A DNA stretch of 64,000 nucleotides from a virus. Every line of letters begins with the position of its first letter. The stretch's first letter is position 1. Below, one piece after another: positions 37,270-47,200 of the stretch. The position numbers and the translations under genes are program-made. The notes under the pieces were generated by a model that did no database searches, was not told the origin of the DNA, and saw only the letters and a program-made list of their open reading frames with translations. The DNA lies in IMG/VR virus record IMGVR_UViG_3300046791_000298, positions 1 to 64,000 of that record; one strand, given 5' to 3'.

Positions 37270-38709
37270 ATGAAGAGAATGTCGTTAGGCGTTTGCGTCA
37301 TCGCAAAAAATGAGGAAATTCTTATCGCTAGAATGTTAGAGTCATGCAAATGGGCAGATCAAATCGTGGTATGTGATACTGGGAGTATTGATCGGACAGT
37401 TGAAATATTAAATGGATATCCTAACGTAGAATGTCACAAAGATTACATCTGGGACGATGATTTCGCATCGTGTCAGAACCATGCTAAGGCCAAAATGAAA
37501 ACTGATTGGATCCTAAGTCTGGATTGTGACGAAGTTTTGCTTTCATCTGAAGAAGAAGTTCGTAGTGCAATTGAACTTGGAGAAAAATACATCAGATGCT
37601 TCATGATTGCGGAGGGCAGCAGCCGTCTTGAATTTAATTTCTCCAGGTTATTCCGTAATACTCCAGACATCTATTGGTGCCAACCGATACATAAACATTT
37701 GAATTTACCTGGCGAAGGTGAAGCAATTGGTAACGTTCGTATTATGTTTGGTTATAGCCCAGCACATGCGCTCGATCCTGACAGGGCCTTAAGAATTCTT
37801 GAAAGAGTTGTTGCCCAGGAAGGAGATGCGGCTGGGAGAAATCTATATTACCTCGGTAGAGAGTATTGGTACAAGCAAAGATACAAGGAGTGCACAAAAA
37901 CATTGGGTTGGTATGTTCAGATTGCTAATTGGCCAGCGGAAAAAGCAGAAGCGTTTTTAATAATGGCTCAATGCTACTCAGCACAAGGACTCGATGAGGA
38001 TGCTCGTGATGCATGCCTGCAGGCGATAAAAATTAATTCAAATTTCAAAGAAGCTATTGAATGGATGGCGGGGATATCTACACCTGCCAATGCAGCGCAG
38101 TGGACTCGCATGTCGCGTACAGCAAATAATCAGGATGTGCTGTGGGATAGATCACCAGCCAAGCCGGTTCATGACATTATCTTTTTATCTCCTCATAACG
38201 ATGATGAAACTCTGTATTGCTCGTATACGCTTATGCGTTATCATCCCCTAGTGATTGTGATCACAGATTCACACATCCAACCAGAAAGGGGAGACTTAGG
38301 ATGCACAGCAGAGATCAGAAGAAACGAAACAATAAAAGCAATGAACTTACTCGGGTGCCCAGTGTTGTTTATCGGCATTAAAGATACTGAACTTACTGAA
38401 GAGAATTTACGAGAACGTTTGAAGTTGTTAAATCCCGAAATAATTTATGTGCCAGCCATCCAAGGGGGTAATGCACAACATGATCTTGTTGGGAAGGTTG
38501 GGCTTGAATTATTTGGCAAGAAGTGTGAGAGGTACACGACTTACACTAAAACGGATTTATACACTACAAGCAATTGGGAGGTAAAGCCAACACAGACCGA
38601 AATGGAATTAAAAAATAAAGCGCTTGATTGTTACGAATCTCAATTGAATTTAAGATCAACTGCTCCACACTTTCAAGCGGTAAGAAACCGATCAGAATGG
38701 CTAGTTTAA
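37270..38709 (+). CDS. GT2 glycosyltransferase + TPR + PIG-L de-N-acetylase fusion
   Basis: VIAKNEE, VCDTGSIDRT, WDDDFA, LSLDCDE; YYLGREY TPR-like; LSPHNDDETL, RRNETIKA, NAQHD. Confidence 0.88.
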   Translation: MKRMSLGVCVIAKNEEILIARMLESCKWADQIVVCDTGSIDRTVEILNGYPNVECHKDYIWDDDFASCQNHAKAKMKTDWILSLDCDEVLLSSEEEVRSAIELGEKYIRCFMIAEGSSRLEFNFSRLFRNTPDIYWCQPIHKHLNLPGEGEAIGNVRIMFGYSPAHALDPDRALRILERVVAQEGDAAGRNLYYLGREYWYKQRYKECTKTLGWYVQIANWPAEKAEAFLIMAQCYSAQGLDEDARDACLQAIKINSNFKEAIEWMAGISTPANAAQWTRMSRTANNQDVLWDRSPAKPVHDIIFLSPHNDDETLYCSYTLMRYHPLVIVITDSHIQPERGDLGCTAEIRRNETIKAMNLLGCPVLFIGIKDTELTEENLRERLKLLNPEIIYVPAIQGGNAQHDLVGKVGLELFGKKCERYTTYTKTDLYTTSNWEVKPTQTEMELKNKALDCYESQLNLRSTAPHFQAVRNRSEWLV

Positions 38710-39332
38710 CTAAGATAATGATCTGCCCATATTTCGGGACTATGCCAGAGTGGATTGAGAAGTTTAAACTCCCAAAAGGGTATGATATTATTTTAGACCT
38801 CGACATTGAGGGCTTCAAAAAAAGGGTGAAGGATAAACTTGGCATTGATTATCCTGGCGTTATTGGATCAGGAAAAGTTTGGGATTATCGCTGTGCACTA
38901 GGGTTACTTTATGAAGACGAGATCAAGGATTATGACTTCTGGGGCCATGTGGATTTTGATTGCGTTTTTGGAGATGTCGATAAATGGGTGACTGATGAAT
39001 TTTTGTCAGGGTTGGATGTACATAGTAATCATCACAGTTATGTAAATGGGTGTTGGAGTTTATATCGGAATACCCAACAAGTTAATACCCTGTTCCAGCA
39101 ATATCCGGACTGGAAAGAAAAAATGATTCACCCTGAACCTAATGCGTGGGTCGAGAAAGAATTCTCCAGAACATTAGAGAATTCAGGATTACGGTATAAG
39201 TATACATTTTGGCAGGGATGGCCGTATACATTAACTCCAAATTTATATAAAGATGCAGAAGGAAGACTATACCAAGATGGAGAAGAAGTGATGATGTATC
39301 ATTTTAAACGCAGCAAACGCTGGCCATTATGA
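38697..39332 (+). CDS. DUF6625-like putative glycosyltransferase
   Basis: PYFG.MPEW, DYRCALG, YDFWGHVDFDCVFGD, YHF. Confidence 0.65.
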   Translation: MASLTKIMICPYFGTMPEWIEKFKLPKGYDIILDLDIEGFKKRVKDKLGIDYPGVIGSGKVWDYRCALGLLYEDEIKDYDFWGHVDFDCVFGDVDKWVTDEFLSGLDVHSNHHSYVNGCWSLYRNTQQVNTLFQQYPDWKEKMIHPEPNAWVEKEFSRTLENSGLRYKYTFWQGWPYTLTPNLYKDAEGRLYQDGEEVMMYHFKRSKRWPL

Positions 39333-39757
39333 ACTTAAGACCAATGACAATGGATGATGCCGACTTTATGTTGGAATTGAAGAACGATAATGTAACAAGG
39401 AATTTTGCGCTTCTCACTTCGGAAGAAATAAAAAAAGAAGACCATTATAAATTTCTTGAAAATAACATCCAATATTTTCAAGTCATTGAAGATGGGGGTT
39501 ATAACATGATAAGAGTTGGTGCTTTTCGTATTCAGGATAATGAAATAAGCATTTGGATAGCGCCTAAATTTCGTAATTGTGGATACGCAACATCAACTTT
39601 AAACAAAGTTAAAAAAGATGGTATGACGGCTAAAATTATGGTAGGGAATATCCCATCAATTAATGCTTTTATTAATGCTGGGTTCAGGCCGCATGATTTA
39701 ATACAAGTACCCCTAACGCATTACATTCTCACTTACACGGCAGAGCGATGGGGATGA
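39329..39757 (+). CDS. GNAT N-acetyltransferase, PseH-like
   Basis: LRPMTMDD...LKND..TR, PKFRNCGYA, NIPSINAFINAGF. Confidence 0.75.
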   Translation: MNLRPMTMDDADFMLELKNDNVTRNFALLTSEEIKKEDHYKFLENNIQYFQVIEDGGYNMIRVGAFRIQDNEISIWIAPKFRNCGYATSTLNKVKKDGMTAKIMVGNIPSINAFINAGFRPHDLIQVPLTHYILTYTAERWG

Positions 39758-40317
39758 AAATAATTCTAATTGGATATCCAGGCTCTCAGAAGATAGTGCC
39801 AGCCAGTAAATACCTGACATCGAAGTACCTGCCAGGGTTTGATATTACGTATCTTAATTACAAAGGGGATATTAATGGGTGGGCACAGTATGTTGCAGAT
39901 TTTTTGGAGTACTTGACTGACGGCAAAATTATTTTTGCATTAGATGATTATTTAGTGTGTGGACCCCTTGATGAGAAAATTTACAAAGAGGCTAATAGTG
40001 CTGTCGGCACTATCGATGGGAGGCTAGTGTGTGTTAAGTTATGTGAATGCTCAGAACAGGAGCACGAAGAATATCCATCGACAACACAATATACAATTTG
40101 GGATCGTCTGTTTTTAATTAAACTACTTAGGCAAGTCTCTACACCATGGCAATTCGAGATTGAAGGAAGTAAAATTATGAAGCAAATTGGTGTACATACT
40201 ATTGTAAAATCATGTATCCCATATTTTACTAACTCATCACTTTCAAATCGATGGAGTGGAATAAGATGGGATGGTTTAAAAGAAGATGATATTAGAGAGA
40301 TAAACCAATCTTTATGA
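39748..40317 (+). CDS. Putative GT-A fold glycosyltransferase
   Basis: IIFALDDYL, QYTIWDR..L, PWQFEIEGS; cassette context. Confidence 0.5.
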   Translation: MGMKIILIGYPGSQKIVPASKYLTSKYLPGFDITYLNYKGDINGWAQYVADFLEYLTDGKIIFALDDYLVCGPLDEKIYKEANSAVGTIDGRLVCVKLCECSEQEHEEYPSTTQYTIWDRLFLIKLLRQVSTPWQFEIEGSKIMKQIGVHTIVKSCIPYFTNSSLSNRWSGIRWDGLKEDDIREINQSL

Positions 40318-40736
40318 AGGAGATAGCATTTAGCGGAAAAATTGGTGCTGGATTAAAATTCAAAGTAAGTGATAAATCATTCAAAAAAGTATCGAAACGG
40401 ACTCTTATTACTCTTCAAAGATATCTAAAGAATTTTCCAAAGGGAGTTGAAACCGACCATCGTGACGGAGATAAATTAAATTACCAATTAGCTAATCTTC
40501 GGCCAGCTACTCATCAACAAAATGCGATGAATAGAGGTAGACAAAAAAATAATTATTCATCAAAATATAAAGGTGTATGCTGGCACGATCAGCGCCAAAA
40601 ATGGTATGCACGAATACATATATCAGGGAAACAAATTAGTTGCGGACTTCATTCTTCTCAGAAAAAAGCGGCAATTGCTTACGATAAAAAAGCAAAAAAA
40701 TTGTTTGGTAACTTCGCAAAACTTAATTTCCAATAA
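40314..40736 (+). CDS. HNH-AP2 homing endonuclease
   Basis: TDHRDGDKLN..LANLRPAT.QQNAMN; SSKYKGVCW, KWYARI, AAIAYD. Confidence 0.88.
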   Translation: MKEIAFSGKIGAGLKFKVSDKSFKKVSKRTLITLQRYLKNFPKGVETDHRDGDKLNYQLANLRPATHQQNAMNRGRQKNNYSSKYKGVCWHDQRQKWYARIHISGKQISCGLHSSQKKAAIAYDKKAKKLFGNFAKLNFQ

Positions 40737-40737
40737 T

Positions 40738-41610
40738 ATGAAGCGCATTTGCATCTTTGGCGGATCCGGATTCCTTGGCACCGCACTAATTGAGAAATTG
40801 ATCTCAATGGGAGAATTAGATATTGTAACCGTGGCTAGGAATGAAGGAGGGCTCGTAAAATTGAAAGAGAGGTTCCCAACCGTTGAAATAATAGTTGGGG
40901 ATATCGCTGATCGATGGGTTGTACAAAAAGCCATGAGTTGCGCTAATGATGTCTATTTACTGAGTGCTATGAAGCATGTTGGTCTTGCTGAGACTGATGT
41001 AAATACATGTGCCAAAACAAATATTATCGGCACAATGAATGTAATAGAAGAATCGATCATCACAGTGCCAGATATTTTAATGTTTATTAGTTCCGATAAA
41101 GCCGCCCAGTCAACAGGTGTGTATGGATGCACAAAAAAGATTGGAGAGAAATTAATGAAGGAAGCTGAGGGGATAAATCGTTACACGAAGTATAGAGTTA
41201 TCAGATATGGCAATGTGTGGGGGAGTACAGGAAGTATCAGCACAAAATGGAAGCCTAAAATGTTGGCTGGAGAAGAGGTGATAATAACGGATCCGGAAGC
41301 CTCAAGATTCTTCTGGGAAGTTGGCGATGCTGTTGATGTAATTTTTAAATGTATTGATGTGGCCATTAATGCAACTCCATCAATACCAATTATGAAGGCA
41401 GTAAAAATGGGTGTTGTTTTAAATGCATGCATGGAAGTTTGGGGTCAGTCACCCGTAAAAATCATCGGCCTTCAACCAGGAGAGAATAAAGTTGAGACCA
41501 CTGATGGCATCACATTCAGTGATAGTGTAGAACAGTTTACCCGTTCTGAATTCATTGATAAGTTTCTGAAAAAGAGAGCAAATGAAAGTAAGCGCAGTAC
41601 TGATCACTAA
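40738..41610 (+). CDS. UDP-GlcNAc 4,6-dehydratase-like SDR (PseB/CapD family)
   Basis: GGSGFLG, GDIAD, AMKHV, TNIIGT.NV, SSDKA, YGCTK, RYGNVWGSTGS, GLQPGE. Confidence 0.88.
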   Translation: MKRICIFGGSGFLGTALIEKLISMGELDIVTVARNEGGLVKLKERFPTVEIIVGDIADRWVVQKAMSCANDVYLLSAMKHVGLAETDVNTCAKTNIIGTMNVIEESIITVPDILMFISSDKAAQSTGVYGCTKKIGEKLMKEAEGINRYTKYRVIRYGNVWGSTGSISTKWKPKMLAGEEVIITDPEASRFFWEVGDAVDVIFKCIDVAINATPSIPIMKAVKMGVVLNACMEVWGQSPVKIIGLQPGENKVETTDGITFSDSVEQFTRSEFIDKFLKKRANESKRSTDH

Positions 41611-42118
41611 AGAACCTGAATATCCTAAACTGGTATTGGAGAGAATTCAGACAGGCTTCTTTGATGAGGTTCTTATTGGAACAAAAAGTCCATCAGTTTA
41701 TAGGCGGTACCAAATCGCTGGACAAGCAAAAAATGACATCATTTATTTCCAGGATGACGATTGCTTTACAAATTATCAAATGCTCTTCAAGCAATACAAT
41801 GGCCAAATTACAAACTCGATGACCAAATCATTTCAGGATTTTTATGAACCGCTAGGGTGTACGCTTATGGGTTGGGGCTCCTTCTTTCCAAAAGAAATGC
41901 TGAGGGTATTTGATCGCTACATTCAAGTACATGATGACGATGAGCATCTGCTCCGTGAGGCCGATAGAATCTTCACTTATCTTAATAAACCATTCAACAC
42001 TGTGATCATGCCTCACCAAGATTTACCACAAACATCAGATAGGATGTCTTCTCCAAAAAATGTGGACTTTCATTTTAAATCAATGCATGAAGCATTAAGA
42101 AAGTGTAGTTTACTTTAA
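41582..42118 (+). CDS. Small GT-A glycosyltransferase
   Basis: AKNDIIYFQDDDC, LMGWGSFF, EADRIF. Confidence 0.65.
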   Translation: MKVSAVLITKEPEYPKLVLERIQTGFFDEVLIGTKSPSVYRRYQIAGQAKNDIIYFQDDDCFTNYQMLFKQYNGQITNSMTKSFQDFYEPLGCTLMGWGSFFPKEMLRVFDRYIQVHDDDEHLLREADRIFTYLNKPFNTVIMPHQDLPQTSDRMSSPKNVDFHFKSMHEALRKCSLL

Positions 42119-42120
42119 GA

Positions 42121-42564
42121 TCACAAATCAAACCTAAATGGCGGAGTAAATCCTGCTCGAAAATCTGGGCCTAATGCCTCTTCTAGAGTTATGACTTGAA
42201 GATTGAATGGTTCTGGGTCATCTGTTAAACTAGTACAGACTTCTGATGTAGATATACTTAATACATTAATTATTTGCGGTGTAACTCCATCTGGATGTCT
42301 ATTTATCCACCCGAAGGCAGATAAATTGTAATATGGGAGTACTAATCCAGCATCGGGATTATATGCGACATACGCTTGTCCGGAACAGTTTGGTTCATCA
42401 TAATAAAGTTCTAAATTTTCTTCTTCCCCTATTTTATCTCCAAAAACAGGCATGATATAATTCTTACCGCTTACTTTGAAATTAACAAAGGCGGTATCGT
42501 TGCCAAAGAATGAAATAAATGTCCCAACTGTTTTCCCTGTTGAGTCGATAATTTTTGATGCCAT
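42121..42564 (-). CDS. Hypothetical protein
   Basis: 147 aa; YYDEPNCSGQAY, FTPPFRF; follows the collagen gene. Confidence 0.65.
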   Translation of the reverse strand: MASKIIDSTGKTVGTFISFFGNDTAFVNFKVSGKNYIMPVFGDKIGEEENLELYYDEPNCSGQAYVAYNPDAGLVLPYYNLSAFGWINRHPDGVTPQIINVLSISTSEVCTSLTDDPEPFNLQVITLEEALGPDFRAGFTPPFRFDL

Positions 42565-42581
42565 GATTTTTTATTTTTATT

Positions 42582-43661
42582 TTAACCTATTAGTCTATTA
42601 AGTAGTACCCATCTATTAAGATTATTTGCTGTATCATATTGGAATTGCATTACCATTCTTTGACCTTTCTTAATTTGCATGGGCAGCATAATAGGCAATA
42701 ACCCTGCACTACCACCCTGCGTTCCCCCTGTAGCGGCTGCTAGATAAAATGCAGTGTACCCGAATGTCGCATCCACCCACGTTATATTTTGTGTTGCAGC
42801 AGTAGCAACTATACATATATCCAAATACTGTCCATCATTAGCCGTACCGGATGTTATCTTAAAATTGGCAGCCGTTGCCTGAGCTGTTAGTTTATATATA
42901 TTATCTGTAAGCGCATTCGGTTGCGGGGTATTTGTACTCCCAGTTGCCGCAACAACTGGACTTATAAGATTATTAGTTCCGACTGAACCTTGTGACCCCT
43001 GTGATCCAAGAGTCCCCATAGTTCCTTGTGTCCCCTGTGCGCCTGTAGGACCTGTAGGACCAGGCACCGTTGAAGCAGAACCAATACTTCCTTGCGTGCC
43101 TTGTGTTCCCTGCGGACCAGTAGGGCCACTCACTGTTGATGCTGAGCCAATACTACCCTGAGTCCCTTGAGCACCTTGAGCACCCGTAGCACCAGTTGGG
43201 CCTAAACTTCCTTGCGTACCCTGAGTACCTTGCACCCCCTGGATTCCAATTGATCCCTGCGTTCCTTGTGGACCAGTAGGACCCGTAGGACCTGTAACAG
43301 TTGACGCTGACCCCTGGCTGCCCTGCGTACCCTGAGCACCAGTGGCGCCTGTAGGACCAAGACTACCCTGTGTCCCCTGTGTGCCTTGTGGCCCGGTTGG
43401 CCCACTTACAGTAGACGCAGAACCCTGACTTCCTTGAGACCCCCTAGTGCCCTGTATCCCCTGTGATCCAGTCGCTCCAGTTGGACCTAGTGGTCCTTGT
43501 ATTCCAATTGAACCTTGAGTCCCCTGTGGTCCTGTAGGACCCGATACTGTCGAGGCCGATCCTTGACTGCCCTGGGTTCCGTGTGTCCCTTGAGGGCCAG
43601 TAGGACCAGTATGTCCGGTTCCTCCGGTTGGGCCAAGTACTATGATGGGAGTAGCAATCAT
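42582..43661 (-). CDS. Collagen-like (Gly-X-Y) fibre protein with C-terminal globular domain
   Basis: About 220 aa of GPT/GTQ/GSQ triplets interrupted by SASTV(S/T/P) linkers. Confidence 0.88.
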   Translation of the reverse strand: MIATPIIVLGPTGGTGHTGPTGPQGTHGTQGSQGSASTVSGPTGPQGTQGSIGIQGPLGPTGATGSQGIQGTRGSQGSQGSASTVSGPTGPQGTQGTQGSLGPTGATGAQGTQGSQGSASTVTGPTGPTGPQGTQGSIGIQGVQGTQGTQGSLGPTGATGAQGAQGTQGSIGSASTVSGPTGPQGTQGTQGSIGSASTVPGPTGPTGAQGTQGTMGTLGSQGSQGSVGTNNLISPVVAATGSTNTPQPNALTDNIYKLTAQATAANFKITSGTANDGQYLDICIVATAATQNITWVDATFGYTAFYLAAATGGTQGGSAGLLPIMLPMQIKKGQRMVMQFQYDTANNLNRWVLLNRLIG

Positions 43662-44270
43662 TTAGACGGCTTTCGCTTTAATTTTATTAATCCTATTATA
43701 TTCTCTCTCAACTGTAAACTCCCATTCTCTAGGGCGTTCTGCAATTGCAACAGCGATTGCCTTAAATTGTTCGGTGTTGTCTATTGATTTAATGCTCCGA
43801 TCAACAATAGAAGAATTATTTGCGATCAATTTAGGTAATTGTTTGATCAGTTCTTCAACCGCACTATTATCAGGAGCCTGGGGAGTTGCAACTTTAGTGA
43901 GAAGATCGATAATCTGTAGATTTTGTTTATTGACAGAGTCAACGATTTCAGAAATATTATCATTGCTCTCTGTGATTGCCCTGCTTAAAACAGTAAAATC
44001 AATTTTTTGGGGCTGTTGAGATTTAATCAATTGAATTAACGACTCAGACATTTTTGTAAGTGCGTCCCCAATAGTTTCACCTAAAGACCCATCAAAATAT
44101 TCCTTATCGTCTTCGTGCTTAATTAACTCCTGCCGGGTATCGATCAACTCGTCTACCAATTTAGCAAGAATGCCAATAGAGACGTTATGCCTTGTTTTGC
44201 TTAACTCTTTTCGAGCAGAGATCAGTTCTAAAATCTCTTTGGAATATAGATTTTCTTTTTCTTCTGCCAT
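43662..44270 (-). CDS. Hypothetical helical protein
   Basis: 202 aa, translationally coupled to the collagen gene. Confidence 0.65.
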   Translation of the reverse strand: MAEEKENLYSKEILELISARKELSKTRHNVSIGILAKLVDELIDTRQELIKHEDDKEYFDGSLGETIGDALTKMSESLIQLIKSQQPQKIDFTVLSRAITESNDNISEIVDSVNKQNLQIIDLLTKVATPQAPDNSAVEELIKQLPKLIANNSSIVDRSIKSIDNTEQFKAIAVAIAERPREWEFTVEREYNRINKIKAKAV

Positions 44271-44274
44271 GGCA

Positions 44275-47200
44275 TTAAGTTTTTAAGCACGCCACCAATT
44301 TACTTATTTTTTTGCGCACACCCATGAGGGTATCGTGGGCACTCCCAGCATTGATTTCCTCATGGATATATTTTAAAGAAGGGACCGATACAGATACAGT
44401 GGTTTCCCTAGCTTCTGGGGATAGAATTTGATTCTCTGAAATTTCTTGAGTTAGTCCCTCAGAGCCGCCTTGTTGAGGCTTTCCAGCATTCGTTTGCTGC
44501 GTGCTCTCATTGACTGCCTGGTTGGAGACGTTGGACGTTGATACAGTTTTTGTTTCTCCAGTGGAAGCTGGTCGTACTCCTTCTGCGTAATCGCGTCTTT
44601 TGATGGTGAGTCCTTCGTACTGAGATTTTGTGATTTTTCCTTCATTATATAGCTTTTCTGTGATTCCTGTGAGCTTTTTCTCCAGTTCTTTAGCAGTATA
44701 AGGAATTTCAGGGATTTTAGCAATTCTTACCTCCTTTGCATTCCCAGCCCCCCTGCTATTATCAATAACGGTAAAATGGACTTTACTGTTACCTTTATAT
44801 TGCCTCATTAACTGATCAATATTTACCCGGGAACCGATATGAGTTTGGGCATGTATAAAAATAGGAACCGTCCGCCCGAAACCGTCAGATTTTTTATCCA
44901 ACATTCTTTTGATAACACCGTTTTCAAAGGCTTCAACTGGATCACGATATGTGTATCGGATATCGATATCTTTAACTCCAGCATTAAGAGCTTTATCAAT
45001 TTTCTCTTTAGCGGTTTCAAAATGATCAAGATTGCCGTCATAAATAAAACGAACACTGTTTGGATCCTCACCCTCTAAGGAAACAGTCTTACCTGAACCA
45101 GTTCCTCCACTTGTAAATATTCCAGTATTCTCTTCGCCCTTTAAGAACCACTCAGCATCAAGTTTCTCCTGGTATAATTTTCTTATAAAGGCCGCGGCAG
45201 GTTCGTGTACTGCGGATGATAACGCGCGATTATCCTCATAATCCTTTGAAAGTTCGCGTGCATTATCGGCATTCAGGACATTGCCAAATTTCTCTTTATA
45301 GGTCTTCTTGGCCTCCCCAAAATTCTCATTCAAGTACTTACCGAACTTAGTTTCAACTGCTTTTTGCTCTGGAGAAAGTGATGGTTCTGGAGTATATGGG
45401 ACAGGTTGCTTTTCTTTCAGCTTGTAAGCAAATGCCTTTTCTCCGTTGGCCAGAGTGATTTCCTCGCGTTGATATTTATTTTCATATTTATCTAGCTTCT
45501 CTAATTGCTGAGGGCTCAATTCCATAACCTGGCCAGGGACCTTATCTTCTCCTGATTCAAGTGTGGTATAACCATCTCCAACATCCTTCACCTTGCCGGT
45601 TGTTTCCGCGGATGTAGTTGTCACATCTTCTCCTAATGCTTGTTTCCTTGTCTCCGCATCTTTTAGTGTTCCATAAACGAATACCTTTTTTACTCCTTCT
45701 TTGACCACCGGCTCTTTGGCCGTTTCTTTTTCTCCTTCGAGATTCGCTTGGGCAGTTTCTTTCCCTTCGACGCCTGGTTCCACTCGTCCACGTTTACTCC
45801 CTGGGACTCCAGCTTCTCCCTGTTCGCGTTGAAGTAACCCCTCTGTGCTTGGCTTTTGTAAGGCATTTTGTATCCCCTCCTCGGATTTTATTTGTTCAGA
45901 GTTATCTACACTTTGTTGAATAGCCTCGGCTGATTTATCAAGAGCATTGATATCGTTCGGATCAACATTTTTTTGTTCTTCTTTAATAACAGTAGTTGCA
46001 TTCTTTCCAAGGTCCCCAGCTGGAACCGATAAATTATTTTCATTGAATTCAGAAATAGCTGTAACTGATCCGAAGACTGCTCCAGGAGCGAACCCCTGCA
46101 TCCCTGCATTGAATGCACGCTGATGATTAACATTAGCCATTGCCTCTGTAAGAGTCATGCCATTTGCTAGTAATGCTCCAACCTGTTGATCAACGTCCTG
46201 TAAATATTCAGTTGCAAATTCTCCACCTCCGGCTATTCCGATATCTTTCAGCGCTCCTTTAACACCAAATTTTACAACCTGTTCAAGTACTTGTTTTTTT
46301 GCTGATTTTAGAAAGACTTGTTTTATGGCTTTCCCTGCTCCTGCTAAAAAACCAAGACCCTCAAGCCCCATACTGATTAGACCGACAGTGTTGGCGATAT
46401 TTTCATCCGATTGATTCTCTTCTTTCGTCTGAATCTTTTCAAGACTTATCGGTGTGATCTCTGTTCCAAATTTTTCGCTTAAGTTTTGCGCCTTCTTTGC
46501 TCGAATTTCATCAAGAGCATCGTAACGCTCCATCTTAAATAGAATAACTGGAGATGTGGCAAACCCAATTGAACTAGCAACTCCTTGCCCAACACTTCCT
46601 TCTAACCATTTCTCGAAATCTTTAGCCGATTTGATCGAAGTAAAATCTTGAGGTATGCCTTTTAAGTTTTCTTGTCCTTGTGTCTGATTGGCAACAATTT
46701 TTTCTTTCTCAAAGGTATCTCTGGTCTTTTGGATCAATCGGTTTACTTCGTCTTTGTAAAATCCCATCACTCTTTCAGGAGAGGTATTTGATGATTTCGA
46801 GGCGCGAAGTAAAATATTGTATGTATCCTTTGCTGCTCTATTTTGATTAGGATGAAGTTGCGTACCGGGTTCTTGTGCGGCTCTTTCTTTGTATTCAGCC
46901 AATAGGTCTTTTAATGGAGTTGACTTAATCTTCTCCATTGTCAGAATCCCTGTCTCTTCAGCATCGGTTGGTCCCTGGTCCGCCTTCTTCAATAACTCCT
47001 CATAATTTGTAGGCATACTTTTTAAAGCCTCACGATGGATAACTAGGGGAGTCGCAGTTGTAAAAAAATTAACAAATGATCTTACTAGAGCATCTCCAAT
47101 CCCTGTTGGGTTTAATGGATTATAGCCTGTATGGAGTTCCCCTCCCGTATTCTTTTCGGAAGGCTTTGGCGAAGGCTCTTGAACCACTGATGATACCCCT

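Noticed and set aside
42980-43640. Repeats that could suggest a CRISPR or DGR array
   Set aside because: In-frame collagen coding repeats with synonymous variation; no spacers, cas or reverse transcriptase recognised.
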